NCBI GenBank assembly: GCA_964502815.1
Contig: CAZCXV010000001.1
Location: 71,907 to 135,906, forward strand
Source of the DNA: an uncultured Gammaproteobacteria bacterium
GTDB lineage: Bacteria > Patescibacteriota > Microgenomatia > UBA8517
Direction of reading: 5' to 3'
Length of the DNA: 64,000 bases
This document shows positions 8,794 to 18,665 of the stretch, one piece after another (positions within the stretch are counted from its first letter, which is position 1; every line of letters begins with the position of its first letter). The notes under the pieces are model-generated. The model had not been told where the DNA came from, did no database searches, and saw only the letters and a program-made list of their open reading frames with translations. The translations under genes and the position numbers were made by a program.

Positions 8794-9813
8794 TTATTTT
8801 TTCCTTAGATCATCAGATACTCTTTTAAAATCTAATATGAATTTTCTTATATTTGTCGGCTTTGAAAGATTTGTGAATACTTGTTGATCTGATACTGCTC
8901 TCAGTTTTTGAACTATAGTTCTATTTTTAAGAGTATTTGTAATGTTTGTGAGATTCCAGAAAACGGCTTTTGCGATCATTTTTGCACTCTTTAACTGTCC
9001 CTTAAGCAAAAAGGCTATAGATATACCAACAGAAAAAACAAGGTGAAGAGGTAATATATATAATAGATTTGGAAAAGATAAATTTTTAATAAGTGAAATA
9101 ATTCTATTTTTATAGTAGTGGAAGTTAATGTTACCAACGTCAAGCCTTTTAATTGTAAAACCAACTTTATGTTTTATTTTCGCTTCTGGAAAAAAGAGCA
9201 CTCGCCAACCAGCAAGCCAGACTCTCCAGCAAAAGTCACTTTCTTCAAAATATGAAACAAAATAATCGTCAAATAAACCAAGTTTATCTACAACGCTTTT
9301 TCGAATAAGCATACAAGCGCCTTTCGCAGAGAAAATTTCTTTTTCTTTCCCAAATTCAGGTGAGTCTTTTTGGCCAAAACCCCAATGCTCTAAAAAACCA
9401 ATTTTAGTAAAATACGATCCTGCGTTATCAAGGTATCCTGGTTTATCCATCATAAATATCTTTGGTTGCAAAACTCCGATTGTTTTATCGGATTCCATTT
9501 TAGAAACCAAAATATTAAGGAAATTTTTACTTACCTTAGTATCATTATTTAAAAGAAGAACATACTTCCCAGATGTTTTTTTGACACCCTGGTTGTTCGC
9601 AGGCGCAAATCCCAAGTTGTCTCTATTTTTTATAGTAACAGTTTTAATGTTTTTAGCTCTAAAGTTATCGCTCCCATCAGTAGACCCATTATCAACAACA
9701 ATAAGTTCACAATTTTTGTAGGCAATCTCTTCAAGTGAAGAAAGGCAGTCCTTAAATATCTGTCCTCCATTCCAGTTAACAATAATAATTGAAACCAATG
9801 GGTTATTTGTCAT
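8794..9813 (-). CDS. GT2 glycosyltransferase (WbbL/RfbF-like)
   Basis: SIIIVNWNG, VDNGSTD, NLGFA..NN.G, LLNND, GACML, YFEE.DFCWR. Confidence 0.9.
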   Translation of the reverse strand: MTNNPLVSIIIVNWNGGQIFKDCLSSLEEIAYKNCELIVVDNGSTDGSDNFRAKNIKTVTIKNRDNLGFAPANNQGVKKTSGKYVLLLNNDTKVSKNFLNILVSKMESDKTIGVLQPKIFMMDKPGYLDNAGSYFTKIGFLEHWGFGQKDSPEFGKEKEIFSAKGACMLIRKSVVDKLGLFDDYFVSYFEESDFCWRVWLAGWRVLFFPEAKIKHKVGFTIKRLDVGNINFHYYKNRIISLIKNLSFPNLLYILPLHLVFSVGISIAFLLKGQLKSAKMIAKAVFWNLTNITNTLKNRTIVQKLRAVSDQQVFTNLSKPTNIRKFILDFKRVSDDLRKK

Positions 9814-10657
9814 AACTTTTAAACATTCTGAAAAAAGTATTTAGAGTTTCAAGAACACCCACTGCACTCATAAAGCCAAATCCGGCAGCAAAGGTTTCTA
9901 AAGTACGTACAAAGAGAAATGGTATAGAGACAAAAGGATTGGTTAAAAATTTTTTCCAATTCTTAAGATAGGCACGTCGTACAATCAGTATACCCTGTTT
10001 TCTGATTAACTCTGGGTGTTTTTGAGCATACGTCGCACTTTTATTCGCGTAATAATACTTTTTTGCTAACTGCTTTAACAGTGTAAGCTGGTGTTCGTGG
10101 TGAAGAATATATTTTTTAGCCCATCCAATCGAATGCTTTTTGGCTATTCGATGTGGTAAATCATAATCCTCTGTCCCAGTTAAATTCTTGTCATATCCAC
10201 CAAATTGCTCAAAAACTTTCTTTTCAAAAAACCTCGCTACTTCGATTGTCTGATCTCCCATATACATTTCTCTTTCAAACCGTCTTATTTTTGCCATGAA
10301 ATTATTCCCAACTGTTTTTTCTGGAACAATTAATGCTTTATTAGCATTGATGTTTGTAATACAACTTTCCACAACCTCTGGTGTTAACTCCATATCTGCG
10401 TCGAGAACGAGAACATATTTACCATTTGCTCTCGAGACTCCAAAATTCCTCTGGACGCTCCTTTCCGCATGCTTTCTGGCAAACACTTGATCAGCTAGTT
10501 TTCTGGCAATCTCTACAGTTCTATCGCTTGATCCGTCATCAACTACAATAGATTCAACATACGGGTACGTCTGTCTTTGAACAGATTCCAAAAATCTTTT
10601 GATGTTTTTCTCCTCATTGAAGGCTGCAACAACGATTGAAACGAGCGGTTTATTCAT
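9803..10657 (-). CDS. GT2 glycosyltransferase
   Basis: SIVVAAFNEE, VDDGSSD, QRNFG, LDADM, GGYD..L...ED. Confidence 0.9.
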   Translation of the reverse strand: MNKPLVSIVVAAFNEEKNIKRFLESVQRQTYPYVESIVVDDGSSDRTVEIARKLADQVFARKHAERSVQRNFGVSRANGKYVLVLDADMELTPEVVESCITNINANKALIVPEKTVGNNFMAKIRRFEREMYMGDQTIEVARFFEKKVFEQFGGYDKNLTGTEDYDLPHRIAKKHSIGWAKKYILHHEHQLTLLKQLAKKYYYANKSATYAQKHPELIRKQGILIVRRAYLKNWKKFLTNPFVSIPFLFVRTLETFAAGFGFMSAVGVLETLNTFFRMFKSYDK

Positions 10658-10699
10658 CTTATGCTATTTTACATTAAAGTTGTAGTATAATTCGACCAG
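10658..10699. promoter_or_regulatory. Divergent -10 boxes, each 8 nt before an ATG
   Basis: Plus strand: TATAAT 10686-10691, then ATG 10700. Minus strand: TAAAAT 10666-10671, then ATG 10657. Confidence 0.6.
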
Positions 10700-11647
10700 A
10701 TGACAACTACTACCCCAAACATTTCCTTTATTATCCCAGCCAAAAATGAGGCAGAATCACTTCCGAAGTTATATAGCGAGATTATTTTAGAAGTAAGAAG
10801 ACTGAAGGAAAGCTATGAAATCATCTTTATTGACGACGGGTCAACCGATGAGACCTTTGCAGTTCTTAAAAAGCTTTATGCAAAAGACAAACAAGTAAGA
10901 CTAATTCGCCACAGAGGAAACTGGGGAAAGGCTGCTGCCTTACAAAACGGGTTTCAGATGTCTAGAGGTAACATTTTAATTACCCTTGATGCTGACTTAC
11001 AAGATAATCCCGCTGACATCGAAAAGTTTCTGAAAAAACTTGAGGCAGGTTATGATTTAATCGTTGGTTGGAAAAAAACAAGACATGATCCAATAAGCAA
11101 AATTATATCGTCAAGAGTTTTTAACAAAACTGTAGCCCTATTAACCAAAACCAATCTTCACGATATCAACTGCGGATTCAAGGCTTTTAGAAGGCAAGTT
11201 GTCGAAAATATTGACCTTTACGGAGAACTTTTCCGTTTCTTTCCAATATTGGCAGCTAAACAAAACTTTAAAGTCGGTGAAGTTATTGTTCATCACCGTC
11301 CAAGAAAATTTGGTAAATCCAAATTTGGCTTCGAAAGAAGCATTAAAGGCTTTTTAGACCTCTTAACTATTATATTCTTGACCAATTATACCAAAAAACC
11401 GGGACATTTCTTTGGCATGTTTGGTATGGCGTCATTTGGTTTAGGATTCTTGATCGGTCTTTACATTGTCTATCTTCGTGTCATAACTGGAACTATCCAA
11501 TACAGACATCCACTACTTTTTCTAGGAATGCTTCTTATGATAATAGGTGTGCAGTTGGTTTCAACTGGTCTTCTAGCTGAAATGTTTACCAGCTTCTCAC
11601 AAAGAAGAGGTAATTCTAAAAACTACATTAGTGAAATATTAAAGTAG
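10700..11647 (+). CDS. GT2 glycosyltransferase, ArnC-like polyprenyl-phosphate glycosyltransferase
   Basis: IPAKNE, DDGSTD, LDADLQDNP, LHDINCGFKAFR, HRPRKFGKSK, two C-terminal TM helices. Confidence 0.92.
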   Translation: MTTTTPNISFIIPAKNEAESLPKLYSEIILEVRRLKESYEIIFIDDGSTDETFAVLKKLYAKDKQVRLIRHRGNWGKAAALQNGFQMSRGNILITLDADLQDNPADIEKFLKKLEAGYDLIVGWKKTRHDPISKIISSRVFNKTVALLTKTNLHDINCGFKAFRRQVVENIDLYGELFRFFPILAAKQNFKVGEVIVHHRPRKFGKSKFGFERSIKGFLDLLTIIFLTNYTKKPGHFFGMFGMASFGLGFLIGLYIVYLRVITGTIQYRHPLLFLGMLLMIIGVQLVSTGLLAEMFTSFSQRRGNSKNYISEILK

Positions 11648-11657
11648 GTATAGAAAT

Positions 11658-12365
11658 ATGATCATCTCTCACAAGCACAAGTATATTTTCATAAAGCCAA
11701 AAAAAGTTGCTGGAACAAGTATTGAAATTGCATTTAGTAAGTATCTAGGAGAAAAGGATATCATGCCTGCGCTTACCAGCTATTCCAAATCCCACGACAA
11801 AGATGAATATGATCATAAAGCTCGAAACTCAAACGGATTCTATGACCATACGCCACCAGAGAGAATAAAAAAGCAAATAGGCGAAAAGCTTTGGAACAAG
11901 TACTTCAAAGTTACTGCTATTAGAAATCCCTGGGATCTTGTGGTTTCCAGTTATTTTTGGGAATTAAACAAGAAAGTTAGTTTAAAGGATTATTTCAAAG
12001 TAGTAAATTTGAAAGCTTTAATTTTTGATTATTTAAAGGACTTTAGAAAAATCAGAAGACCAATGAACTTTACAAGTTACATCAAAAATCTGCCCAAATC
12101 ATACGTTAATACAAATTACTACTTTGACTCTAAAGGCAAACCGCTAGCAAACTACTTCATTCGATACGAAAATCTAGAAAACGATTTCAAAAAAGTTTGC
12201 AAAAAAATTGGCATTCCAGCAGAGACGCTTCTTTCCTTAAAATCTAAAACCAGAAACTCTAAGAAACACTACTCGGTCTATTATACAAAAGAAACCAGAG
12301 ATATAGTAGCCAAGATATTTGAAAAAGAAATAACTTACTTTAAGTACAAATTCGAGGCTAAGTGA
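11658..12365 (+). CDS. Sulfotransferase family 2 protein (carbohydrate sulfotransferase-like)
   Basis: MIISHKHKYIFI..KVAGTS (5'-PSB motif), IRNPWD..VS.Y (3'-PB motif), IRYENLENDF. Confidence 0.85.
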   Translation: MIISHKHKYIFIKPKKVAGTSIEIAFSKYLGEKDIMPALTSYSKSHDKDEYDHKARNSNGFYDHTPPERIKKQIGEKLWNKYFKVTAIRNPWDLVVSSYFWELNKKVSLKDYFKVVNLKALIFDYLKDFRKIRRPMNFTSYIKNLPKSYVNTNYYFDSKGKPLANYFIRYENLENDFKKVCKKIGIPAETLLSLKSKTRNSKKHYSVYYTKETRDIVAKIFEKEITYFKYKFEAK

Positions 12366-12375
12366 ACTAGCCATA

Positions 12376-14778
12376 TTACCAAAACTTTTTTATTCTTGCC
12401 TTATAAATATCGACTTCTACAGGATAAGCAAGACAGCCAAGTTTGAATACCGGATTTTTTAATCCTAGAGTGGGCAGTTTGATTGCATATTCTCTAGATA
12501 TTCCATCTGGAATAAGTTGAAATTTTTTCTGATCCCTACCATGACTTTGACTTTCCCAAATAACACAAGCAGAGATACCCTCTTTCATGTAATTTGCCAA
12601 TGAGTCTCGCTCTCTAGAGTTGTTAATATACTTATAGGGACTGTTCATTACATAACCGAGTTTATCAAGATCTAGCTGGACATACTTCGGATCTAAAAGG
12701 ATAATTTCTTGAATTCGTGGTGCGTCAGATTGTGTTTCAGTAACTGTCAGGGTTAGAGTTTTTACCCGCTGTGAAGGAAAAAATATTTTAGCCAAACCAT
12801 CCATGCCCTTGGCATATACATATTCTGTCGGTTTACCATTTATAGCAATATCAAAACCGGTAGGTTTATGGGGTGAATTTTGGAAAAACGCAAATCCTCT
12901 CAAAGTCACTGGATTATTAAACTCAACGTCTATTTTGGGGTAATTTCCGTCGTACCAACTAGCCCGATCATACTCCCAATAGGTTGAATCATCTGCATCA
13001 AAGGCCGCTGAAATTTCATGTTTGAATTTGAAATCCCCTGACAATTTACTAATTTTTTGCCTTATTTTTTTAGAGTCAGTCAAAAGATCGTAATAATAAT
13101 TGATATCTGGAATATAATTGCCTACTCCTCCGTGGCTATATGGCAACGGGAATTCAAACATACTAGCCTTTAGTGTCAAATATACTGTTGAGGGTATATT
13201 TGAATTAAATTTCTGGAGTTTAAATTCTGGTTCTGTGTTTTTGCCAACCCAAGTGCCGCTATTTGCATCCTGGAAAATTTCGGTTTCATAATGCTTACTT
13301 ATATCTTCTACCACCTCATTTTCACTATCCTCAGAAAACAACTCTTTTTTTAGATTTTCAGTTGTATCTATTAAATTGTTTTTCTGATAATAGTAACTAA
13401 AAAACTTATCTCGGACAATGCTTCCTCGTTTCCAATAGTCTATTAGTGTTTCGCTATCTGTTAATAATTCAAAATCGTCTATGTTAGCTTTAAGCGCGTA
13501 ACCAATAGAGGCTTTTGACGGGTAATGACCCACCCTTGTCAGCTCTCCGATTCCTCCAGGACCACGAGGGCCATCCAAAAAAATTACACTGCCCTTAGAT
13601 AACGTTGGGGAATATTTTTTCAACCCTTCGAAAAAATTATGCTTATTTATGCTTATTTGGGTGAGAGTATCTAGATATCTTGAAGTTAAAAAAACATTAG
13701 TTATTACTATTACAATCAATAGCCATTTAGTAATTTCTCTATGCTTGAAGGAAAACGCTCCAAGCAAAAATAAAAAACCGGGATAGAAATAGTAAAAATG
13801 CCTATCCTCTCTACCGATCCACGAAGGTGTTACCATTGCCTTAGGAATAAATTGACCAATAATCCACACTAAGGAAAAAAGTGATAACAATAATATCCTT
13901 TTATTGTTTCGGTTAACAAATGCATAGATAGCACCAGTCAACATTAAAGTTAGTCCTACCAAATATCTCAACCTTTCTGTATATAAAAAACTTAATACCT
14001 CAGGGGTATAGTCTTGCAACCTTTCGGGAATAAGGAAAAAGCTAACAGACGCAAGAAGGTGCTTGAATTTGAGAAATAAATAACTAAACGTTATTTCAGT
14101 ACTTGGCACACTCTTTGTAAAAGTCAGTATTTCTCCACTTTCTGTGTAGGGTAGATATAAATACGTGCGAAAAGTTAATAAACAAAATATCACAATCAAC
14201 AATAACTTGTTTTTCTGCTTAATCTTAAAATCAAGGAGTAACAGCAAGAAGGGGAAAATCAGCAATATATGCCCAGTCGAAAAAACTGTAAAGTATTCCA
14301 AGGAGAAGAAATATACACCAACAGCAACCAAATGATAAAACACTCTCTTATCTTTTGGAAATGAAAGGAACATTAAACTTAAGAGCGACAAGCTAATAGC
14401 AACATTGGCAAGCAAAGCATAGTATCCCAAGACAACATCCTCTCCTCCCATACTCACTAAACCTAAAGCCAATAAAAGTGCAATTGTCTGATTAAAATAT
14501 TTTTTTGAAAAAAGATAAAAAGTAAAACCAAGGACAATTCTAGACAAAAAAGAAAGAGTAAAAAATATCCTGGGCTCATCACCAAAAAATGAATACAAAC
14601 TATTTAGTACAGGACAGATAGTTTTAAAAGGCCAGAGGAACGGACAAATTTGATGTACACCATTGTAGGCCATAGTAAAGGCATCTCCAAAATAATAAAA
14701 GTCTAAAGATTTGTTAATAGCCATGAAGGCAACAACAGCTATTAGTATCGGGGCCAACAGTCTCTTAACCAAATACAT
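12376..14778 (-). CDS. Multi-pass membrane protein (putative GT-C fold) with extracytoplasmic discoidin/F5-8-type-C (CBM32-like) domain
   Basis: About 10 hydrophobic segments in the first 370 aa. The soluble C-terminal part contains AFDADDSTYW...IDVEF...LTVTET...PRIQEI, a discoidin-like pattern. Confidence 0.65.
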   Translation of the reverse strand: MYLVKRLLAPILIAVVAFMAINKSLDFYYFGDAFTMAYNGVHQICPFLWPFKTICPVLNSLYSFFGDEPRIFFTLSFLSRIVLGFTFYLFSKKYFNQTIALLLALGLVSMGGEDVVLGYYALLANVAISLSLLSLMFLSFPKDKRVFYHLVAVGVYFFSLEYFTVFSTGHILLIFPFLLLLLDFKIKQKNKLLLIVIFCLLTFRTYLYLPYTESGEILTFTKSVPSTEITFSYLFLKFKHLLASVSFFLIPERLQDYTPEVLSFLYTERLRYLVGLTLMLTGAIYAFVNRNNKRILLLSLFSLVWIIGQFIPKAMVTPSWIGREDRHFYYFYPGFLFLLGAFSFKHREITKWLLIVIVITNVFLTSRYLDTLTQISINKHNFFEGLKKYSPTLSKGSVIFLDGPRGPGGIGELTRVGHYPSKASIGYALKANIDDFELLTDSETLIDYWKRGSIVRDKFFSYYYQKNNLIDTTENLKKELFSEDSENEVVEDISKHYETEIFQDANSGTWVGKNTEPEFKLQKFNSNIPSTVYLTLKASMFEFPLPYSHGGVGNYIPDINYYYDLLTDSKKIRQKISKLSGDFKFKHEISAAFDADDSTYWEYDRASWYDGNYPKIDVEFNNPVTLRGFAFFQNSPHKPTGFDIAINGKPTEYVYAKGMDGLAKIFFPSQRVKTLTLTVTETQSDAPRIQEIILLDPKYVQLDLDKLGYVMNSPYKYINNSRERDSLANYMKEGISACVIWESQSHGRDQKKFQLIPDGISREYAIKLPTLGLKNPVFKLGCLAYPVEVDIYKARIKKFW

Positions 14779-15571
14779 ATTCTTTGAATCTGAAGAAATA
14801 CCTTCCTAAGGATCTAAATTCTTTAACTGCCTTTCTTGTTGGAAACGAGAAATATCTTCCTCCTTTGTTGGTTATTGTTTTAGTTTTCTTGTTTGCAATT
14901 TCTTCAATCGCTTCACTTAGGATGGTAGATCCGACTTCAACACAACGCCAATAAAGCGAATCTTCCGTATCGGTTTTGCTAATTTCAACTTTTTTCCTTT
15001 TTATAATTTCTCCCGTATCTATGCCCTTATTTATATAGTGAACACTTATCCCAGAATATTTTTCTTTATTCACGATTGACCAAAATATCGGACTTATTCC
15101 TTTATAATCTGGTAAGTATGCTGGGTGAACATTAATCACTCCCAACTTTGGAATCCTAATAACTGGCTCCTTTAAGATTTGACTAAAAAGTACTGATATC
15201 ACCAGATCTGGCTTCTGTTTTCTAATTAGTTTGATTGACTCAATTGAGTTAATATTTGCAATCGATATCACTTTTATACCTTTATTGCTCGCTTGAGATT
15301 TATAGCTAAAAAATTTATTAGCCTTCAAAAATCCAAATAAGGAGATCATTGATGATAACTGTCTATATATTTGCAGCTTAATCAATTGATTAATAACATA
15401 ACTAAACCCAGATGTTTTCAAATAAAAAGCTAGGGTCTGAAAATTACTTTTATTCTTCAGTTGTGTTGACGGTTCGATTATTAGTTTTATCTGCGTTCCA
15501 TAAGTAGCAATCAAATCCTTCAGAATCTTGTTCGCATAAACATGGTTTACTGTTAATACTATTATTTTCAT
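14765..15571 (-). CDS. Formyltransferase (N10-formyl-THF-dependent; likely sugar N-formyltransferase)
   Basis: INVHPAYLPDYKG..P and SVHYINKGIDTG.II motifs. 268 aa, lacks the Fmt C-terminal domain, and is co-oriented with a GT2. Confidence 0.85.
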   Translation of the reverse strand: MKIIVLTVNHVYANKILKDLIATYGTQIKLIIEPSTQLKNKSNFQTLAFYLKTSGFSYVINQLIKLQIYRQLSSMISLFGFLKANKFFSYKSQASNKGIKVISIANINSIESIKLIRKQKPDLVISVLFSQILKEPVIRIPKLGVINVHPAYLPDYKGISPIFWSIVNKEKYSGISVHYINKGIDTGEIIKRKKVEISKTDTEDSLYWRCVEVGSTILSEAIEEIANKKTKTITNKGGRYFSFPTRKAVKEFRSLGRYFFRFKEYVFG

Positions 15572-15574
15572 TGT

Positions 15575-16303
15575 CTATCTAGGCAAATTCTTACTAAAAA
15601 GCCACAGTTTTTTAAAATAATCAATACTATCAGATACTAAATTGACAGAAGATTGCTTCTCAGGTTTTCTTAGATATATTACTGGAATTTCTGAAACGAC
15701 AAGTCCAGCCCAAACGCTTCTGGTTACGATTTCAGTATCAAAAAACCAACGCCGGTCTTCAATTTTCGAAAGTATCGGGAGAATTTTTTTCCTATTAAAA
15801 AATTTAAATCCTGCCTCGGTATCCTTAAGCTTTATTCCAAGCAACTTATGAACGAGAAAAACATAGCCCTTGCTTAAAACAGCACGGATCAAGTTTGTAG
15901 CACCAACTGTATATATTCGTGTTGCAACAGCTAAATCAGCTCCAGATTTAATATCTGAAACAAACTCTGGAATATGTACTGGAGCTAACTCTAAATCAGT
16001 ATCAATATAACCTACAATCTCACCGCGAGCTTTCTCAATCGCGTCAATTACCGTTCCCCCTCTACCTTTGTTTCGTTTGTGAAAAAACGCTCGCACTCGC
16101 TTATCAGTTTTTGCAAAATCTGAAAATACTTCTGGTGTTGAATCTTTGCTTTTATCATCAAAAAGTATCATTTCCCAAGAGTACCTTGTACTTTCAAGAA
16201 TTCTTTTAACTTTATTAAGATTTTCCAAAAGTCCATCACCTTCATTGTAACCAGTTAATATCACTGAAAGATCTATTATTTTTGTCTTGCTCTTACTCCG
16301 CAT
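15575..16303 (-). CDS. GT2 glycosyltransferase, dolichyl/polyprenyl-phosphate glycosyltransferase-like
   Basis: YNEG, DDKSKD, NKGRG, IDTDL, DTEAGFKFF, WFFDTE. Confidence 0.88.
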   Translation of the reverse strand: MRSKSKTKIIDLSVILTGYNEGDGLLENLNKVKRILESTRYSWEMILFDDKSKDSTPEVFSDFAKTDKRVRAFFHKRNKGRGGTVIDAIEKARGEIVGYIDTDLELAPVHIPEFVSDIKSGADLAVATRIYTVGATNLIRAVLSKGYVFLVHKLLGIKLKDTEAGFKFFNRKKILPILSKIEDRRWFFDTEIVTRSVWAGLVVSEIPVIYLRKPEKQSSVNLVSDSIDYFKKLWLFSKNLPR

Positions 16304-16325
16304 GTCAGGTTATTATACACTAAAC
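16304..16325. promoter_or_regulatory. 22-bp divergent promoter region
   Basis: Minus strand: TATAAT 16312-16317, 8 nt before ATG 16303. Plus strand: overlapping TATTAT 16311-16316 before ATG 16326. Confidence 0.55.
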
Positions 16326-17150
16326 ATGAAATGCTTTGTCTGCAAGAAAAATAGCTGGGAAAGTCACTACAAGGATCTTTTCCGATGTAGTAACTGCGGC
16401 TTTATAAGAGCTAAAGAAATATATTTTAAGATTAAACCTGAAGAGGTTTATGGCAAGGATTACTTTGACAAAGGACAATATGCAAATTACAAAAAAGAGA
16501 GACTGGCACTGGAACAAAATTTTAAGAACCGCTTGAAGGATATCATAAAACATAAAAGGGAAGGAAAACTTTTGGAAATAGGTTGTGCATATGGATATTT
16601 TCTAAATTTGGCCAAAAAAAATTTCATAATTAGCGGTATTGATGTAAATTCTCAAACAACTAACATTGCTAGTAAATTAACAGGGATAAAAACCCTAACT
16701 GGTGATTTTTTAACTCAAAAATTTTCTAAAAATACCTTTGATGTTGTTTCTCTTTTTGATACAATTGAACACCTTCAAAAACCAAAAGCATATCTTGAGA
16801 AAATACATACACTGTTAAAACCTGGTGGAATTGTGGCAATAGAAACGGGAGACATTGACAGTTTATTAGCTAAAGTTCAAAAAGAGAGATGGAGATTAAT
16901 AGATCCAAGTGTCCACCTTACTTACTTTAGTACCAAAACACTTAGAAATTTACTCGAAAACACCGGCTACCGTATTTTGTCAATAAAAAAAGTTTCCTTT
17001 GCAAGGTCACTTATTCAAATAACCTATCGACTCGGAATAAATAATATATTACGTCATTTAAAATTGAATTTTTTAGAAAAGTTTATTAGTAATAAAAACA
17101 TTAGCATTAATACTTATGACATCATTTTTGTAATCGCACAAAAACAATGA
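16326..17150 (+). CDS. Class I SAM-dependent methyltransferase with N-terminal Cys cluster
   Basis: CFVC...CSNCG, LEIGCAYG, IEHL, LKPGG. Start set at ATG 16326 so that it does not overlap the divergent gene. Confidence 0.88.
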   Translation: MKCFVCKKNSWESHYKDLFRCSNCGFIRAKEIYFKIKPEEVYGKDYFDKGQYANYKKERLALEQNFKNRLKDIIKHKREGKLLEIGCAYGYFLNLAKKNFIISGIDVNSQTTNIASKLTGIKTLTGDFLTQKFSKNTFDVVSLFDTIEHLQKPKAYLEKIHTLLKPGGIVAIETGDIDSLLAKVQKERWRLIDPSVHLTYFSTKTLRNLLENTGYRILSIKKVSFARSLIQITYRLGINNILRHLKLNFLEKFISNKNISINTYDIIFVIAQKQ

Positions 17151-18052
17151 AAGCAATTTTTCACAATGATGACTTTGGCCTAACCTATGGTTTTACTGAC
17201 GCCATAAAAGATAGCTTTCAAAATGGCGTTACAACAAGTACAAGCTTAAGAACAAATGGCTTTGCTTACAAATACGCAGTTAAACTTTCCAAAGGACCGC
17301 TTAGAAAAATTGGCTTGGGTTTGCACGTTAATATTACCCAAGGAAAAGCACACACTAAAGGCGAAGTAGAAAAATTTGGTGTATATAAGTATAACTTTCG
17401 AAAACTATTTTTGAAGTTATTTGTTATGAACCTACTTAAAATGAAGCAGGGTGTTTTGCTCAAAGATCTTGAGCGAGAAATTGAAGCTCAGTTTGTAATA
17501 GTACTCAAGAAAGACAAGTTAAAAATTTCCCGAGTTGATGGCCACGATCATATACACATGATCCCTGAAGTCTTTCATATAGTTTGTAAGTTATGCAAAA
17601 AATACAACATCGGCTATATTCGCATCCCAAGAGAACCTTTTTATTTTACAGGTTTTCTGAAACAGGATCTTAAAATGATATTCAGCGACAACCTCTTGAA
17701 AGCTCTTATTTTGACTATTTTGTCTGCGGTAAACATTAAGATTGCCAAATCTTATAAACTTAAAACTGTTGACGCCTATTACGGGCTTCTTAATTCAAAC
17801 AATATGAGCTTTTTGGCCATCAATGCAGCTCTTTTGAATGCTTCAAGAAATAATTACGATACTATAGAAATTAATTCACATCCTGCAATAATTAACGATC
17901 CAAGAGATGTAAACTACGTTGACAATTTTATATCCAAATATGCCAATCTAAACACTAGAGAAATTGAACATCTAGGTCTTAAAAGTCAGTTAGTAAAGAA
18001 AACAATTAAGAAATATAAAATTAAACTGACGAACTGTGAAAATATTATTTGA
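17147..18052 (+). CDS. YdjC/ChbG/HpnK-family carbohydrate deacylase
   Basis: HNDDFG, GLHVN, DGHDHIH, EINSHP motifs. Confidence 0.88.
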   Translation: MKAIFHNDDFGLTYGFTDAIKDSFQNGVTTSTSLRTNGFAYKYAVKLSKGPLRKIGLGLHVNITQGKAHTKGEVEKFGVYKYNFRKLFLKLFVMNLLKMKQGVLLKDLEREIEAQFVIVLKKDKLKISRVDGHDHIHMIPEVFHIVCKLCKKYNIGYIRIPREPFYFTGFLKQDLKMIFSDNLLKALILTILSAVNIKIAKSYKLKTVDAYYGLLNSNNMSFLAINAALLNASRNNYDTIEINSHPAIINDPRDVNYVDNFISKYANLNTREIEHLGLKSQLVKKTIKKYKIKLTNCENII

Positions 18053-18665
18053 TAATATGTTCTACGAAATAATTAGAAAACTGCTTTGTCCTTTTGGAGA
18101 AATCGAAAAATTTGTTCCAGACTCTGGAAAAATACTTGACGTTGGTTGTGGACACGGAACATTTGCCAGGATTCTTTCTAGGGGCCACTATAATAGAAAA
18201 ATATTAGGAATAGACCCATCTGGTCATAAAATAGCTCTTGCCAAAAAATACTCTAATGGTTTCAAAAATGTTAAATTCGAAAAAAAGTATCTTTCACAAG
18301 TTAGAGGTAAGTACGATTGTATACTATTCATAGATGTATTGTATCTATTTCCTGATAGCGAGAAACTCGAGAGATTGAAGGAGGCTAACAAGGTTCTTAA
18401 AAAGGGTGGTACTTTATTAGTCAAGACTTCCAGTACTGAACCAAAAATACTATTCAAACTACTTCAACTTGAAGAAACCATTATGGTAAAAATTTTAGGC
18501 TATACTTATTCAGACAGGAAAGCGTTTTACTTTTCAACGATCAAGAAGCATAAAAATATAATACAACAGGCGGGATTTAAATTAATGAACTTTTCAATAT
18601 TCAAAAGCACTTTTCCCTATCGTCACCCAACTTATGTTGCACAAAAAACTAGTCAAATTAATTAG
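18036..18665 (+). CDS. Class I SAM-dependent methyltransferase
   Basis: ILDVGCGHG, GIDPS, LKKGG. Resembles 7087..7821 (PF.EI...VP..G.I.D.G.G.G). Confidence 0.87.
   Translation: MKILFDNMFYEIIRKLLCPFGEIEKFVPDSGKILDVGCGHGTFARILSRGHYNRKILGIDPSGHKIALAKKYSNGFKNVKFEKKYLSQVRGKYDCILFIDVLYLFPDSEKLERLKEANKVLKKGGTLLVKTSSTEPKILFKLLQLEETIMVKILGYTYSDRKAFYFSTIKKHKNIIQQAGFKLMNFSIFKSTFPYRHPTYVAQKTSQIN

Noticed and set aside
14765-15571. Methionyl-tRNA formyltransferase (fmt) or PurN
   Set aside because: It lacks the Fmt C-terminal domain, has an extra N-terminal insert, and is embedded between a GT2 and a membrane GT. A sugar formyltransferase fits better.
17147-18052. Hopanoid biosynthesis (hpnK) or chitobiose catabolism (chbG)
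   Set aside because: There are no shc/hpn or PTS/chb genes in the window. Only the family-level deacylase call is supported.
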